Notes: a model not told the origin generated them from the sequence alone. Positions 45,064 through 56,181 are shown, counted from the first letter of the whole stretch. The stretch is 63,987 nt of DNA, filler included, from Licmophora abbreviata (GCA_900291995.1; 12 parts of 12 records of this genome joined end to end with filler, not necessarily neighbours in it), one strand, 5' to 3'. Made by a program: numbers and translations.

Positions 45064-47228
45064 TCAAAGGAGACTCGACTGGTCGACGCTGCTCGCTCGG
45101 TCGAGATCTTCCAGACGTTGTCGCTGAGCTCTGCTCTCCTTGACGTAGTAAAGGATGCCCGCCACCATGACGGAAAAGGCAAAAATAAGCGCCATGAGTC
45201 CACCAGCCGCATTTCTGGCGACAAAGTCAAGGAAGGAAAGCCCAAAGTCAAAGGTTCCATGGATAGCGACAGCCGGTAGGATTATTCTACCCAGCTGATG
45301 CTTGGAATCCTTCTCCAAGTCTCGTCGACACACGCCAATACTCTGAATGGCTGCGACAATGGGATGGATCGGAAGCAGGCTTCGAATCACCATGACGCTT
45401 ATTTCTGTCCCGTTCAAGGAAGAGAGAGGGGGGCGACAATCGTGTTGAGGACAAACTACACAAAACGTCCCCAGCATGAAGTTTTTATCAACGACTCACC
45501 ATCGGAAAGTGATCCCCCTTTGGTGTATAGAAAAATGTAAATCAGATCTTCAAGACATGCAAACCCAAGTGCCACCGCTACCATAGTAACGGTGATGCTC
45601 GTCCCAATCGAATTCAACGTTCGCTTCGGTGCCTGCAATGGCGTCGTCATCGCTGGCCAGGGTGTTGCCGTCGGCGATTCGGGTTCTTGCGACTCATCGT
45701 CGTATTCGTGTTCCACCGCAAGCTGTGGCAAACCTGCTGCCACGACACGATCCAGCTCTTCTTGGTTCCACAAGTCTGGGTGGTCCACCATGCGATGTCC
45801 GTAGTACTTGCAGACTTCTTCGATCAATGCTGCGACGCAGAATGCGTTGACAAAGAGATAAATGACATAAAACACCGGGTTCGCCTTTCCAAATGCCTCC
45901 AAGTAGTCGCGATAGTTCATTTCCGCAAAGCCCATGGCGGGCAGCGTATACTCAGGATCATTTGTGACGTCCACTCCGGATAACGCCATGACAACCGTCA
46001 TCAAGACTCGGATTGCCATGCCTAATACCAGTTCCCATGACACGGCCAGCGTCGTCGCGAGAAAGAATCCACTCGCAAAGCTTTTGATCAGCACATCCAC
46101 CGATACATCCCATCGATGCTTGGGCCAATGCACGAGAAACAAAAAGATAAAAGCATAGACAATCGCCCCTAGAGCCACCAAGGTATGTCCAAGCTGTCGT
46201 TGCACGACACTCCAAGCGATCAACACAACCGTCGCAACAATAAAACAGTTCTTGACAATTGTCTGGCTCAAACGAGAGAGTGTCGTGAGATGAGTCCAGA
46301 GATTGCTATTTTCGGAAGTACGTAGTTCCCATAATTTGGGTGCAAACAGCAAAGCTGGCTCAAACGTAATGTAGTCCATTTTCAATACTGGAGCAAATCC
46401 CATTTGCTCGACTTCACGTGCTTCTTGTGCAAGAGCACACATGCCACAGACTTGCACATGGCATCCACAAGCTCCACAGCACGCCATGGTGAAAGTATTC
46501 CAAAGACAGCCACAGAGATTGTTGGGCGGGATGTAGGCTGGTCGTGAGGAGGAGGACGGCGAAGGTGGCGGTGGTGATGCCGTAGTGAATCCCCCCGTCG
46601 AAGTGTCATTGTACACCATGTCGCGTCCGTAGCATCCCAGAAAGGCGTGTGCACAGCGCACATCCCACCGTGACTGTCCCATCCAGTAGTTAGGATTATT
46701 GAACACAAGGTCGTCGTTATCCTCCTCCCCACTGCCATGGGGAGATCCACCATCGTCATGCAGCACTCTATACTTCTTGTAGAGCAGTTCCTTTCGTACG
46801 CGCTCCCGCTTCCACCGTCCCTTGCAGCACTGCCATACAAAGTACAGGACTAAAGAGAGAACCAGTGTCGTGCTGACCGCTTGATTCACTACCGGATTCG
46901 GAATGTGCAAGGCGCAGTCCATGGCCATGAGCAGTATCGCCAAGGGTACGAGGACGTGAGTCGTGACGCGTCGGGTCGCGTTGGGAGGACGAATGCCCGT
47001 CATGATGAAGCGATCGCGGTCGTTCTGTAGTATACCGCAACAGACAAGGGAGCAGGTATCGACCCGTTCGTTGCTCAGTGATTGGAAGGACCCTGCTATC
47101 GAAGTGCTGAATCCGCGATACGAGGAAGCAGGATGAGTCGTCGTTGTGTCATCTGAGTGAATTTGATAGGGAGCGAGTTCTTGTTCTTCGCCTCGACTGC
47201 TGTTTTCATTTGATCGTCTCGTCGTCAT
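45064..47228 (-). CDS. PLAC8-like + PrsW-family intramembrane metalloprotease; intron 45499-45405
   Basis: PLAC8 signature CCGACGCHVQVCGMCALAQEARE. PrsW motifs IEEVCKY, ALGFACLEDLIY, RSLLPIH and IHGTFDF. Confidence 0.8.
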
Positions 47229-47257
47229 TTCGAGCGGCTGGGGGTTCCCTTAGACCA

Positions 47258-47315
47258 AAGGACCTTCAACAGATACGAAGAGAGGGAAGGACCTTCAACA
47301 GATACGAAGAGAGGG
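47258..47315. repeat. Exact 29-bp tandem duplication immediately upstream of the PLAC8-PrsW start codon
   Basis: aaggaccttcaacagatacgaagagaggg x2, read directly. Confidence 0.92.
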
Positions 47316-47652
47316 GTCGAAAGGCGAGACAAGCGGCGATGTCGACACCAATGCTTGCTGGAAAGGTCTTTCAACTTTATACTGGGTGTGTTTTTGTGTT
47401 CATCCAAGGTTTCGCCAAATCTTACTCTCCAGCATGCAGAGGGGTGCGGGTCAAGCTCCTGTTAACCGGTATGATACTGCATATCATCACAGGCCAAAGT
47501 CGAACGCGCACGCTGCGAAATGTCGAGTTCTCGCTCCCGTATTGAGTACCGGTAGAGGGAAATAGCTCTTATGATACAGGGCTTACTCGTATACTCAGTC
47601 TCGCTACACGAAGGCTGCATTCAAGCGAAATCTGCACAAAAGTCAAGTTGGA

Positions 47653-50625
47653 ATGGAACTGGAAGTCAATCTTGTCACGCAGATCAGGGATGAGCGGCAG
47701 AGGATCCGCAACCAGCAGCATGCTGTCAATCAGGAAACACCAATGCGTGCCGCTCCGGATGATTCGAGACGAGACTTGACGTTTTCTTCCAGTATGAGAG
47801 TCAATACAGCAGCGGAGCCGGCGCCCCAAAGCCAAAGTCCCGAGGAACAACCGTCGCCGCCCTCGCAGCACTCTTCGTCACGCCGGGAGCATCAGTTCAT
47901 GTACCCGCCGTTTCTCACCCAGTCATCGGTGCGCTCCTTTACTTCCGTATCGTCGTGGATCTTTGGATCCGAAAGGTCGCCCTCTCCTACTTCGAATCAG
48001 TCCAGATTTCGGCCCCCTCCAGTAGTGTTGACATCGGCAGATCACAATATCATTCACTCTGCAACGACCGAGGCGATGTCGCCCATCAGTGCGTCTACCG
48101 GAGGTGCGCGTCGCTTTAGACATAGCACTTTGCCTCATCAGTACGAAGGCATTCCCAATTTTGGACAAGACGATCTGGAAGAGCCTGATTTTTCGTATCT
48201 GCGAGGACTCTTGGGGTTACTACTGCTGGCTACTTCCTTGGCGTGGTGCTCTGCCATTGATTCGCGGTTCCAGTGCAGTAGCCAGGAGGCATATGATGTG
48301 TACGAGCTTTTTGATGATGACGCGGTCATCTTCAATCAGCTCCAAAGACTTCAAGAAAAGCAGCTGTGTCTGGAGATGTTCCGACTCGTCATGATACCCG
48401 TGGGCGGTGTGACGGGAGTCTTGTCGATGCTTGCGCTCTATTTGATTCGTCCGGCGGCGCTCTTGCATATACATGAAGCTCCGACAAACATTTTGAGACG
48501 ACAGTATTGTCGTGATCTGTGTCGACGATTGTTGTTTACCTTTCCAGTGGTACTCTGCGCTTGGAGTTATGGCGTTGGTGCCATCATGCTTCAACCACGG
48601 AAGGACTATTATACGGGTAGTGACGACAACAATCCCTATCACTCCCTGGCTGCCGTCGACTACATGGGGTACGTCGGCGACAATGCCAATCTCTATTATC
48701 TCAGTTGGCTGTCACTTGGATTGTCGCTTGTCATTGTTTACCAAATTGTCACCGATGCCGCACGACAACATCGACGATACCGACAGGCACGAAGTGAAGA
48801 AAGTGATCAGCTTGGAGACATTGAAGCCATGCTGTCCTTTTCCAAACGACAATGGAAAGAATATCATGAATCACGAGCCACATGGTTCAATTCCTTTTAT
48901 CGATTGCGAATCCGAACTGGCATTTGGGTCTCGGCATGTTTTGCGTCGCTCGTTGTCACGGCCAGCAGCGTTCACTTGTGGAATGATGTGTTGCTGCCAA
49001 CGGCACAAAGTATGAGCAAGAGTGTCCGCTCATTTCGACAGGTTTGTCCAACCTTGAAGCAGTATCGATATGAGACGGAAGAAAGTTTACAGCTACCACC
49101 CCAGTTGTGTGCACGGACATCCTTTAGCATTGTGTCTGGGTGTATCGCTGCAACGTTGTGCTTGGGTGCGGTCGTGTTGCACATGCAAGTACGACACGAC
49201 GCTGCCGACGTCGTGGAAGGGCAACAACAGAATACACGCAACAACAATCACCATGCACTTGTTCCACACCTACGAACTTTTGTCCATCTCAGTAACAAAA
49301 TGTACTTGCAGTCGGAATTCACATTGAGTGTCCTACTATGTTGTTCGCTGGGATTGAATGCGGTTTTTGCGACTGGAGTGCAGGGACCTGCGTCGACGGT
49401 GGGGAACTTGTATTACTCCAGCTGGATTGCGTTCCTACTGTGTCTTCGAATCTGTCTTGGCTGTTTGGAAGAAATGTACAATATTGAAAACGAAGAACAC
49501 GAGCCAGAAGAAGAAGGCATGGAAATGACACTACGGTCTGGTCAAGGAGAGAAGGCCGCCAAGAGAAAGAAAGCCTACGAGGCTCCCAGTCTGCAGCAGC
49601 ACCACACCAATGATCAGGAGACTGTCACGACATATATCGGTTCTCCTAGTCATCATCGACAGGCCTCTGTTAACACGACGACAGACTTGTTCGACAATCA
49701 CCGAGCCCGTCGTCTCCGCCGCTTTTTGTTTCTTGCCATATTCTCATCGATTTGCGCTGCGTCTGCCATTGATGCTGCCGTGAATCAAGAGACAGAACTC
49801 ACGGGCGATCAGCGTTATATCATGGTCGCGCCTTCCGTCGTGGCGGTTCTCTGTGTAATTCAGTTTGTCATGTGTCTTCGCACATACACGTATGCAGTGC
49901 TGTCGAACGTGTGCGCTGGGTTGCTACTGTCTGTCCTTTCGTTTGGCTTGTGGCTTGCTGCCCTCATCATCCAGATGCACTCGGAGAATTCATGGGCAGT
50001 CAACGCCGTAGGGGACATCAAAATAGCCAATCTGTACTATTTCAGCTGGGCCGCCATCATTACGGCGGGCCTCCATATGACGTCTTACTTGGCCTTGGCT
50101 TGGGGATGGAAGAAAAAGGACTACATGACAATTGCTTGGATAGCGATCGTCAAGGTGTGTTTTGTCATTTTCGGGGCCGGGATTCATATTTGGCTGAGCA
50201 CCAGGGAGAGCTGCACGTTCCAGGACATCCAATCTGGGGCGGTGACGTTTTGTTCTCGAACAATCTTTGCAATTGTCGTTTCACTGACGGGAATGTTGGT
50301 GGGAGGACTTGTGGCATTCACACGAATTGTAATTTCGCTGTGTTGCCCTGCCTCTTCAATACTCGTGCGGGCGCATGTCGAGATGATCATAAGTATGTTT
50401 TTGGTCCTGTTGTTTGGCGTCGCTGTGGCGCTCATTACGGGCATTGGAGGCCCAGGACAGAGTGTTGGAGATCTATACTACTCGACGTGGCTGGCGTTCT
50501 TTGTGTCAATCTTTGTCGGCATGTCAAGTGTTCGTGAGATTGTCAAGCAAGATCGCGCGAGCGACATGAGGGAGTCCAGTGGCAAGGAGATATCGGACGA
50601 AAAGCAGTTTGTACAGATGAAATGA
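47653..50625 (+). CDS. Large polytopic membrane protein with four internal repeats ending in (N/D)LYYxxW
   Basis: 990-aa ORF with many TM segments. Repeats GDNANLYYLSW, VGNLYYSSW, IANLYYFSW and VGDLYYSTW. Long Ser/Pro-rich N-terminus. Confidence 0.75.
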   Translation: MELEVNLVTQIRDERQRIRNQQHAVNQETPMRAAPDDSRRDLTFSSSMRVNTAAEPAPQSQSPEEQPSPPSQHSSSRREHQFMYPPFLTQSSVRSFTSVSSWIFGSERSPSPTSNQSRFRPPPVVLTSADHNIIHSATTEAMSPISASTGGARRFRHSTLPHQYEGIPNFGQDDLEEPDFSYLRGLLGLLLLATSLAWCSAIDSRFQCSSQEAYDVYELFDDDAVIFNQLQRLQEKQLCLEMFRLVMIPVGGVTGVLSMLALYLIRPAALLHIHEAPTNILRRQYCRDLCRRLLFTFPVVLCAWSYGVGAIMLQPRKDYYTGSDDNNPYHSLAAVDYMGYVGDNANLYYLSWLSLGLSLVIVYQIVTDAARQHRRYRQARSEESDQLGDIEAMLSFSKRQWKEYHESRATWFNSFYRLRIRTGIWVSACFASLVVTASSVHLWNDVLLPTAQSMSKSVRSFRQVCPTLKQYRYETEESLQLPPQLCARTSFSIVSGCIAATLCLGAVVLHMQVRHDAADVVEGQQQNTRNNNHHALVPHLRTFVHLSNKMYLQSEFTLSVLLCCSLGLNAVFATGVQGPASTVGNLYYSSWIAFLLCLRICLGCLEEMYNIENEEHEPEEEGMEMTLRSGQGEKAAKRKKAYEAPSLQQHHTNDQETVTTYIGSPSHHRQASVNTTTDLFDNHRARRLRRFLFLAIFSSICAASAIDAAVNQETELTGDQRYIMVAPSVVAVLCVIQFVMCLRTYTYAVLSNVCAGLLLSVLSFGLWLAALIIQMHSENSWAVNAVGDIKIANLYYFSWAAIITAGLHMTSYLALAWGWKKKDYMTIAWIAIVKVCFVIFGAGIHIWLSTRESCTFQDIQSGAVTFCSRTIFAIVVSLTGMLVGGLVAFTRIVISLCCPASSILVRAHVEMIISMFLVLLFGVAVALITGIGGPGQSVGDLYYSTWLAFFVSIFVGMSSVREIVKQDRASDMRESSGKEISDEKQFVQMK

Positions 50626-51177
50626 TACTTTTTAGACTACTTGCACAATCTTATTGTAGGTGGGCGGGGGTGCCGGTATATTACAGTTTTTACCCGCGCG
50701 CGAAACACGGTTTGAACAGTCTGCGCGCTCTGTTGCCGAAGATACCCGAGGATGAGCNNNNNNNNNNNNNNNNNNNNNNNNNNNNNNNNNNNNNNNNNNN
50801 NTTAATTAATTAANNNNNNNNNNNNNNNNNNNNNNNNNNNNNNNNNNNNNNNNNNNNCTACTCGACGTGGCTGGCGTTCTTTGTGTCAATCTTTGTCGGC
50901 ATGTCAAGTGTTCGTGAGATTGTCAAGCAAGATCGCGCGAGCGACATGAGGGAGTCCAGTGGCAAGGAGATATCGGACGAAACGCAGTTTGTACAGATGA
51001 GATGATACTTTTTAGACTACTTGCACAATCTTATTGTAGGTGGGCGGGGGTGCCGGTATTTTACAGTTTGCGATCTATCCGCCCTGAGGTGAGGAAAGAA
51101 GAAAGAGCACCCCCCGCGCGCGAAACAGGGTTTGAACAGTCTGCGCGCTCTGTTGCCGAAGATACCCGAGGATGAGC
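50478..51177. repeat. Near-identical duplicate flanking a gap (50478-50757 vs 50858-51177), probably two alleles
   Basis: Same sequence with a few SNPs and a net 40-bp indel (offset 380 before the indel, 420 after). Confidence 0.88.
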
Positions 51178-51443
51178 TCGTATCTGACATCCGCCAATCA
51201 TGAAACTGTCCGCCATGTACACCATGACAGTCGACTTTGTAGCGCTGATACTCTGCTTCCATTCAACCAAGTCGCTAGTGGTGAGTTCCAAACTCGAAAC
51301 ATACGCTTGCAGCGGCTAAACAAGGAAGAGAGAGAGCCCAGGAAATTCAAGATACGCAACCAGAGACGAGCCGACGGTGCCAGGATACAGGTGGGGCTGG
51401 GAACAATTGCTTACTCGCACGAGTACCTGGTACCTGGCGACCG

Positions 51444-52514
51444 ATGACGATGAAATCTGCCGCTGGGTCGCTTCTGCTGATAGCATGGATTCATATCTGC
51501 TTGGGGGGAGAGTCAGTCGATGTGGGAGGATCGGAGGAATGGAGCTACGTGTACGAGCCGGACTTGCTGCCTCTACCATCCGGTGTGGCCATGGAAAACG
51601 CTCACGGGATTTACGTTAGCGATCAGCGGGAAGTCACTATTACCTATCAAGACAGTACCGATGACTCCAAGTGTCTCTTGTATTGGGGATCTGAAGCGTT
51701 GAACGAGTCGGCGTCGCTCATCGGGCCCGGTTCGTCCCTCTGTGCGGGTGTACCGCATGGCTTGAGGGCTGCAGTGGAGGACGACAATCAGACCTACCTC
51801 TACCACGCCAACAACCAACAGGCCTTGCACAAGACGACCGTGAGTGGGGATGTTGTATGGAGTTCTATAGGAGCGCCGATACCACAATCAACGGAGACTT
51901 TTGCGCCCACATGGTTCGACTCGCAACCCGATTCACCCTACGTCTACATGGCGGACGGATACGGCTCCTCTCGCGTGTACGTATACTATCGATCGAATGG
52001 AACCTACACGGGCAACTTCTTCGGTGGACGTGGTACTGCTCCAGGAATGTTTAGCACATGTCATGCCATAACATGGGATTGGCGAGTGCAGCAGATGGCT
52101 GTGTGCGACCGTGAGAATCATCGGCTCCAGTACTTTCGTACCGACCCAACGAATCCCACTGTGTTTGAGCTACAGCGTATTCTATCGTTTGCACCACTAC
52201 TGAATCAGCCCTGTAATATTCGTTTTCACGAGCCCACTGGTTTCGCCATTATTCCGTTCTTGGAAGGAACAGTTGGCATTCTGGATTCTTCGAACCAGAT
52301 CGTGTCAGTGCTCAACATTACGGATGCGCTTGGAGATCGAGGCTTTTTGCACCCCCATGACGCTCACTTTCTGCCATCAGGGGACTTTGTATTGGCTACA
52401 TGGAATCCTGGGCGAGTGGGGTACTTTCGTCGTGTTCGTGGTAGAAGCGATAGCCGCCCCCAACCAATGAATCTACTACGAACAGGTGTCCAGGACACTC
52501 AGAAAACAAGATAA
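51444..52514 (+). CDS. Secreted NHL-repeat beta-propeller, peptidyl-alpha-hydroxyglycine lyase (PAL)-like
   Basis: Signal peptide, then PHGL, YMADGYGSSRV, GMFSTCHAI, VCDRENHRLQ and HPHD. Confidence 0.75.
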   Translation: MTMKSAAGSLLLIAWIHICLGGESVDVGGSEEWSYVYEPDLLPLPSGVAMENAHGIYVSDQREVTITYQDSTDDSKCLLYWGSEALNESASLIGPGSSLCAGVPHGLRAAVEDDNQTYLYHANNQQALHKTTVSGDVVWSSIGAPIPQSTETFAPTWFDSQPDSPYVYMADGYGSSRVYVYYRSNGTYTGNFFGGRGTAPGMFSTCHAITWDWRVQQMAVCDRENHRLQYFRTDPTNPTVFELQRILSFAPLLNQPCNIRFHEPTGFAIIPFLEGTVGILDSSNQIVSVLNITDALGDRGFLHPHDAHFLPSGDFVLATWNPGRVGYFRRVRGRSDSRPQPMNLLRTGVQDTQKTR

Positions 52515-52646
52515 AGTTAATCTCATTGTTGTAGCAGTTTATAGAGAATACGCCTCATGCCTCGCGTTCACAGTTGGTGCCACTACCAGTCAACCAGATC
52601 TCTGGGAGACATCGCTGCTTCGACTTGACAGGCTGGATTGGTCGCT

Positions 52647-55600
52647 CTATCCTGATCGGGCCGCGGTATCCGAAATGCGGGTGTCAATCTTGGCTGCCTC
52701 AACTCGCGAGCTCGACAAAGGATTGGATCGTCGTTCGACTACGTTGCGGGTCCACTGTCGAGGTATTCCATCCTGCTTGACACCAGCGAGTAAGCTCGAG
52801 TATATCGAAGGACTTGCCGCAGCTCGGAGCTTTTTCAGTACGACAGATCCTAGCATCCCGTCCGCGCAACATCGTCGAAACAACAATTCCACCATGTTGT
52901 TGCGCATATCGCTTTTAGGCATGAGAGCCGCGATCACTCCAAGGAATGTACCGTACGTGACTTGATCCAAACGGAGATTCTCTGTAGAGCGCATTTCGTC
53001 GAGGGTCGCGCAGGCGACTCTGAAGGCCTGTGCAATCTCGGATTCATCTCCGCTCGTGTACTCGCAAGCATTCAGCACTGCGTTGTACGAGACAACATTG
53101 GGCCTCGCACTCGTATTTCCACCGGCATAGTCGTCCTTCATTCGTTGTAACACTGCTTGTGCGTGGACCGCCTTGGACGGCATGTCGCTCCGACCATAGT
53201 TTTGAATGACGGCGGTGTAAGCGTGTACGTTGGGCGGTACCCGATCTTCCATACCGTTCAAAATAGATTCGGCTCGTTTTGCGGCGTCGGGCTCGCGAGA
53301 TTTTGCGTATGCGTCGATCACCAAGGTGTATGTGCGCACGTCAGGTGCCATCCAACTTTTCCCCTGCGTGGATTGGTCTTCCATGTCCTGGAGAATTGTC
53401 TCGGCTCGAGCTGCTGCCCCGCGCTCGCCAGATTTCGCGTGGGCGTTGATTAGAGCGTTGTAGATGCGCGTGCACATGTCGCTTTCCTGCAACTTGCCAT
53501 CCAATACAAGAAGAGCCATGTCGTTCATGATCCGTTCGGCAAGGTCGAGAGCTCCTCTTGCGTTAATCCTCGAGAGAGAATGAATCACACTTGCAAAAAA
53601 ATCGCTATCTGGGTCAAGATCTCCCTCCTTGACATCGTCAAGCAAGCGTTTGATAGCTCTCAAGCTGTCAGGCGTCCCCTGATTGGTAAGTGCCATAATG
53701 GCCGTGCTGTAGCTCACGAGATCTGGTTGTATGTCAGATTCGCCATCTTTCATGCGGTCCAAGAGGAGTTGGGTGCGAATTGAGATATCTGCTTCGCCGC
53801 TGTTTGCCAAAGCCAAAAGTACAATGTTGTATGTTCGACGATTGGGTTTCACGTCGTCCATGTCTTCCATCAGACCTAGAATCATCTCGGCTTGCTTCGC
53901 GGCGCGCTTCTTGTTGCTCTTTGCGTATGCGTAAATGACTTCGTTGAAACATTGAGTATTCGGCTTCACGCCCGTACTATCCAATCGCTGATTCTTTTGC
54001 ATTTGCAGTAGGATTTCTTCGGCGTGTCTAGGCGCATCTGGGTCTCTGCTGTTCGCCCACGCGTTGAGCAATGTTGAATAACTCACAATGTCGGGCCTGA
54101 GCGCTTCGTCCTGGTTCTTCGTGTACAACTCTTCAAGCTGTCGGAAGATCGTTTCGCACATCTCAGCTGATTCAAACACTGTCGACTTGGCATACGCGCT
54201 CATTATCGTGTTGAAGGTCTGACGGTCCGCTCTCACGTGTGTGAGTAGACCCAGCGTGTTCTGCATAGTCTCGAGTCTTACCAGAATGGCGTGAGCCTTT
54301 TCACCAGCTTTTGGATGCGAGCTTCTCGACCAAGCCGCAATGACAGAATTGAATGTGACAATTGTAGGAGTCATCTTCTTCTTTCCTTGCTTGAGGGAAA
54401 GATCCAGCATGTAGTTCAGTATGTCCTCGGCCCTTTGGCCAGCCCATATCAGCCCACTCGCCGATAGCTTAGAAATAACGACATTAAAGTTCACCGTGCT
54501 TGCCACCTCCTCGAGCCTATCAAAAGAATCGTAATCCAAGTGATTCAGCAAGTCAAAAACTTCCTGTGGAGAATTAAAACATACAGGTTCCAACGTTGAT
54601 TCCACAGGAGGATACATACGGTCTCTTGCCCGCCGCACTGCTTCTACCTCTTCGCTGTCAGTGGAATCACCCGCCTCTACTAGCGCCTTACTGACTGCGT
54701 TGTAGAGAGCAGCAGTGGGGCGGACGTTTTCCTTCTCGTCCTCGGCTGCCCTAAAGACCTGCTCCATCCGATCCAAAAGAAACTTGGCTCTTCGAGCTGG
54801 GTTGACATCGTTCGTGTTGTCTGTCGCGACGTACGAAGAAACCTCACGACACCACGCCAAGATAATCGCCTCGTAGCATCTGCCAGGAGGCCGATATCGC
54901 TCTTCCATTTTATCCAACAGAGTCTCGGCTCGGAGTGCTGCGCCCGCGTCCCACAATTCTGTCCATGCCAGAATGACCTCGCTATACGTACGGAGAATAG
55001 GCTTTACGCGATCATTGCCCTGGCGAAACTCAGTGCTCATCCATAGCAATGTTTGCTCTGCGCGTTCGATGCCTTCTTTTGTCTTTGAGGCCAGGCAAGC
55101 GTCAATCAATGTGTTGTATGATATCGTATCTGGGGCAACAGCTGGATTCGATTTTGCTTCACGGACCATCCATTTGAGAATCGACCCCGCCTCCTCGGTC
55201 GCATCTAGCGTCGAAGTTCTCTGGCTTGCAAGTGCATTCATGAGCGAGTTAAACACGGCCACGTCCGGTTTCAAGCTAGTCCAACCAAGCTCCTTGTACT
55301 TTGTCTCAAGCTGCTCTAGCAGTGCCTTGCTTTGTTTCACCGACGAGGCACAGGCGCTCATTGCTGTCGTGTACAAGTATACATCAGGTGCCGTATCATC
55401 GTATCCAGCTTGGTGTAGCGCCCACATGCCCACGATGATCTCTTTAATTCGTGTTGTTGTGATCTCTCTGTCTGAGTTTCGTTTGCTGTTCTTTTCCTGG
55501 TTCGCCAAAGCCCTCGCCAACACGCGAAAGCTCCGACTGTCAACGCGTTCCCTTTTCTTGGATGCAAGTCGCGACGACGATAGGAGCCTCTCCAACAGCG

Positions 55601-56081
55601 CGCGCCAGATTGCAAACGCTTCGTTTATCATGTCACACTTGCAGTACGTATAAATCATGAGAGTATAGCTGCGAGCATCCTTATCACCATTTGTGTCGTC
55701 GTCGTACATGGACTCCCATACGGACTTTGCCTGCATAGCAACTGTTTCCTTTGGTAGCTGCGAAGAAGAAGAAGAAGAAGAAGAAGAAGACGACGATGAT
55801 GAAGAAGACAAGCCTCCTGCATCCTGCTTCATGGATTGTCGTCCTAGTCTTGTACGCTTCCGTCTCCCCGGTGGCGGCAGTACCTTGGACCATCCATCCA
55901 ACAATGTATTGTACATAAGACGATCCGGACGTAAAGTGCTGTACTGTGTCCTTTCATACAACCCCCGACACTCTTGCCACAAGAAGTGGGCCATCTCGGT
56001 GGGTGAATACTGAATGCCCTGCGCTTGCGCCCACGCATGGTTGTTCGACGGACCGCTACCGGTTAGAACGACTCTCATGGT
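52647..56081 (-). CDS. Pentatricopeptide-repeat (PPR) protein; 5' end probably in the gap
   Basis: Many degenerate PPR units, e.g. PDRLMYNTLLDGW, PDVAVFNSLMNA, PDTISYNTLIDA, PDIVSYSTLLNAWA, PDVRTYTLVIDAYA and PNVVSYNAVLNA. Confidence 0.92.
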   Translation of the reverse strand, partial: TMRVVLTGSGPSNNHAWAQAQGIQYSPTEMAHFLWQECRGLYERTQYSTLRPDRLMYNTLLDGWSKVLPPPGRRKRTRLGRQSMKQDAGGLSSSSSSSSSSSSSSSSQLPKETVAMQAKSVWESMYDDDTNGDKDARSYTLMIYTYCKCDMINEAFAIWRALLERLLSSSRLASKKRERVDSRSFRVLARALANQEKNSKRNSDREITTTRIKEIIVGMWALHQAGYDDTAPDVYLYTTAMSACASSVKQSKALLEQLETKYKELGWTSLKPDVAVFNSLMNALASQRTSTLDATEEAGSILKWMVREAKSNPAVAPDTISYNTLIDACLASKTKEGIERAEQTLLWMSTEFRQGNDRVKPILRTYSEVILAWTELWDAGAALRAETLLDKMEERYRPPGRCYEAIILAWCREVSSYVATDNTNDVNPARRAKFLLDRMEQVFRAAEDEKENVRPTAALYNAVSKALVEAGDSTDSEEVEAVRRARDRMYPPVESTLEPVCFNSPQEVFDLLNHLDYDSFDRLEEVASTVNFNVVISKLSASGLIWAGQRAEDILNYMLDLSLKQGKKKMTPTIVTFNSVIAAWSRSSHPKAGEKAHAILVRLETMQNTLGLLTHVRADRQTFNTIMSAYAKSTVFESAEMCETIFRQLEELYTKNQDEALRPDIVSYSTLLNAWANSRDPDAPRHAEEILLQMQKNQRLDSTGVKPNTQCFNEVIYAYAKSNKKRAAKQAEMILGLMEDMDDVKPNRRTYNIVLLALANSGEADISIRTQLLLDRMKDGESDIQPDLVSYSTAIMALTNQGTPDSLRAIKRLLDDVKEGDLDPDSDFFASVIHSLSRINARGALDLAERIMNDMALLVLDGKLQESDMCTRIYNALINAHAKSGERGAAARAETILQDMEDQSTQGKSWMAPDVRTYTLVIDAYAKSREPDAAKRAESILNGMEDRVPPNVHAYTAVIQNYGRSDMPSKAVHAQAVLQRMKDDYAGGNTSARPNVVSYNAVLNACEYTSGDESEIAQAFRVACATLDEMRSTENLRLDQVTYGTFLGVIAALMPKSDMRNNMVELLFRRCCADGMLGSVVLKKLRAAASPSIYSSLLAGVKQDGIPRQWTRNVVERRSNPLSSSRVEAAKIDTRISDTAARSG

Positions 56082-56181
56082 NNNNNNNNNNNNNNNNNNN
56101 NNNNNNNNNNNNNNNNNNNNNNNNNTTAATTAATTAANNNNNNNNNNNNNNNNNNNNNNNNNNNNNNNNNNNNNNNNNNNN

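Noticed and set aside
55762..55809. GAA/GAC microsatellite
   Set aside because: It encodes an ordinary poly-Ser linker in the PPR protein.
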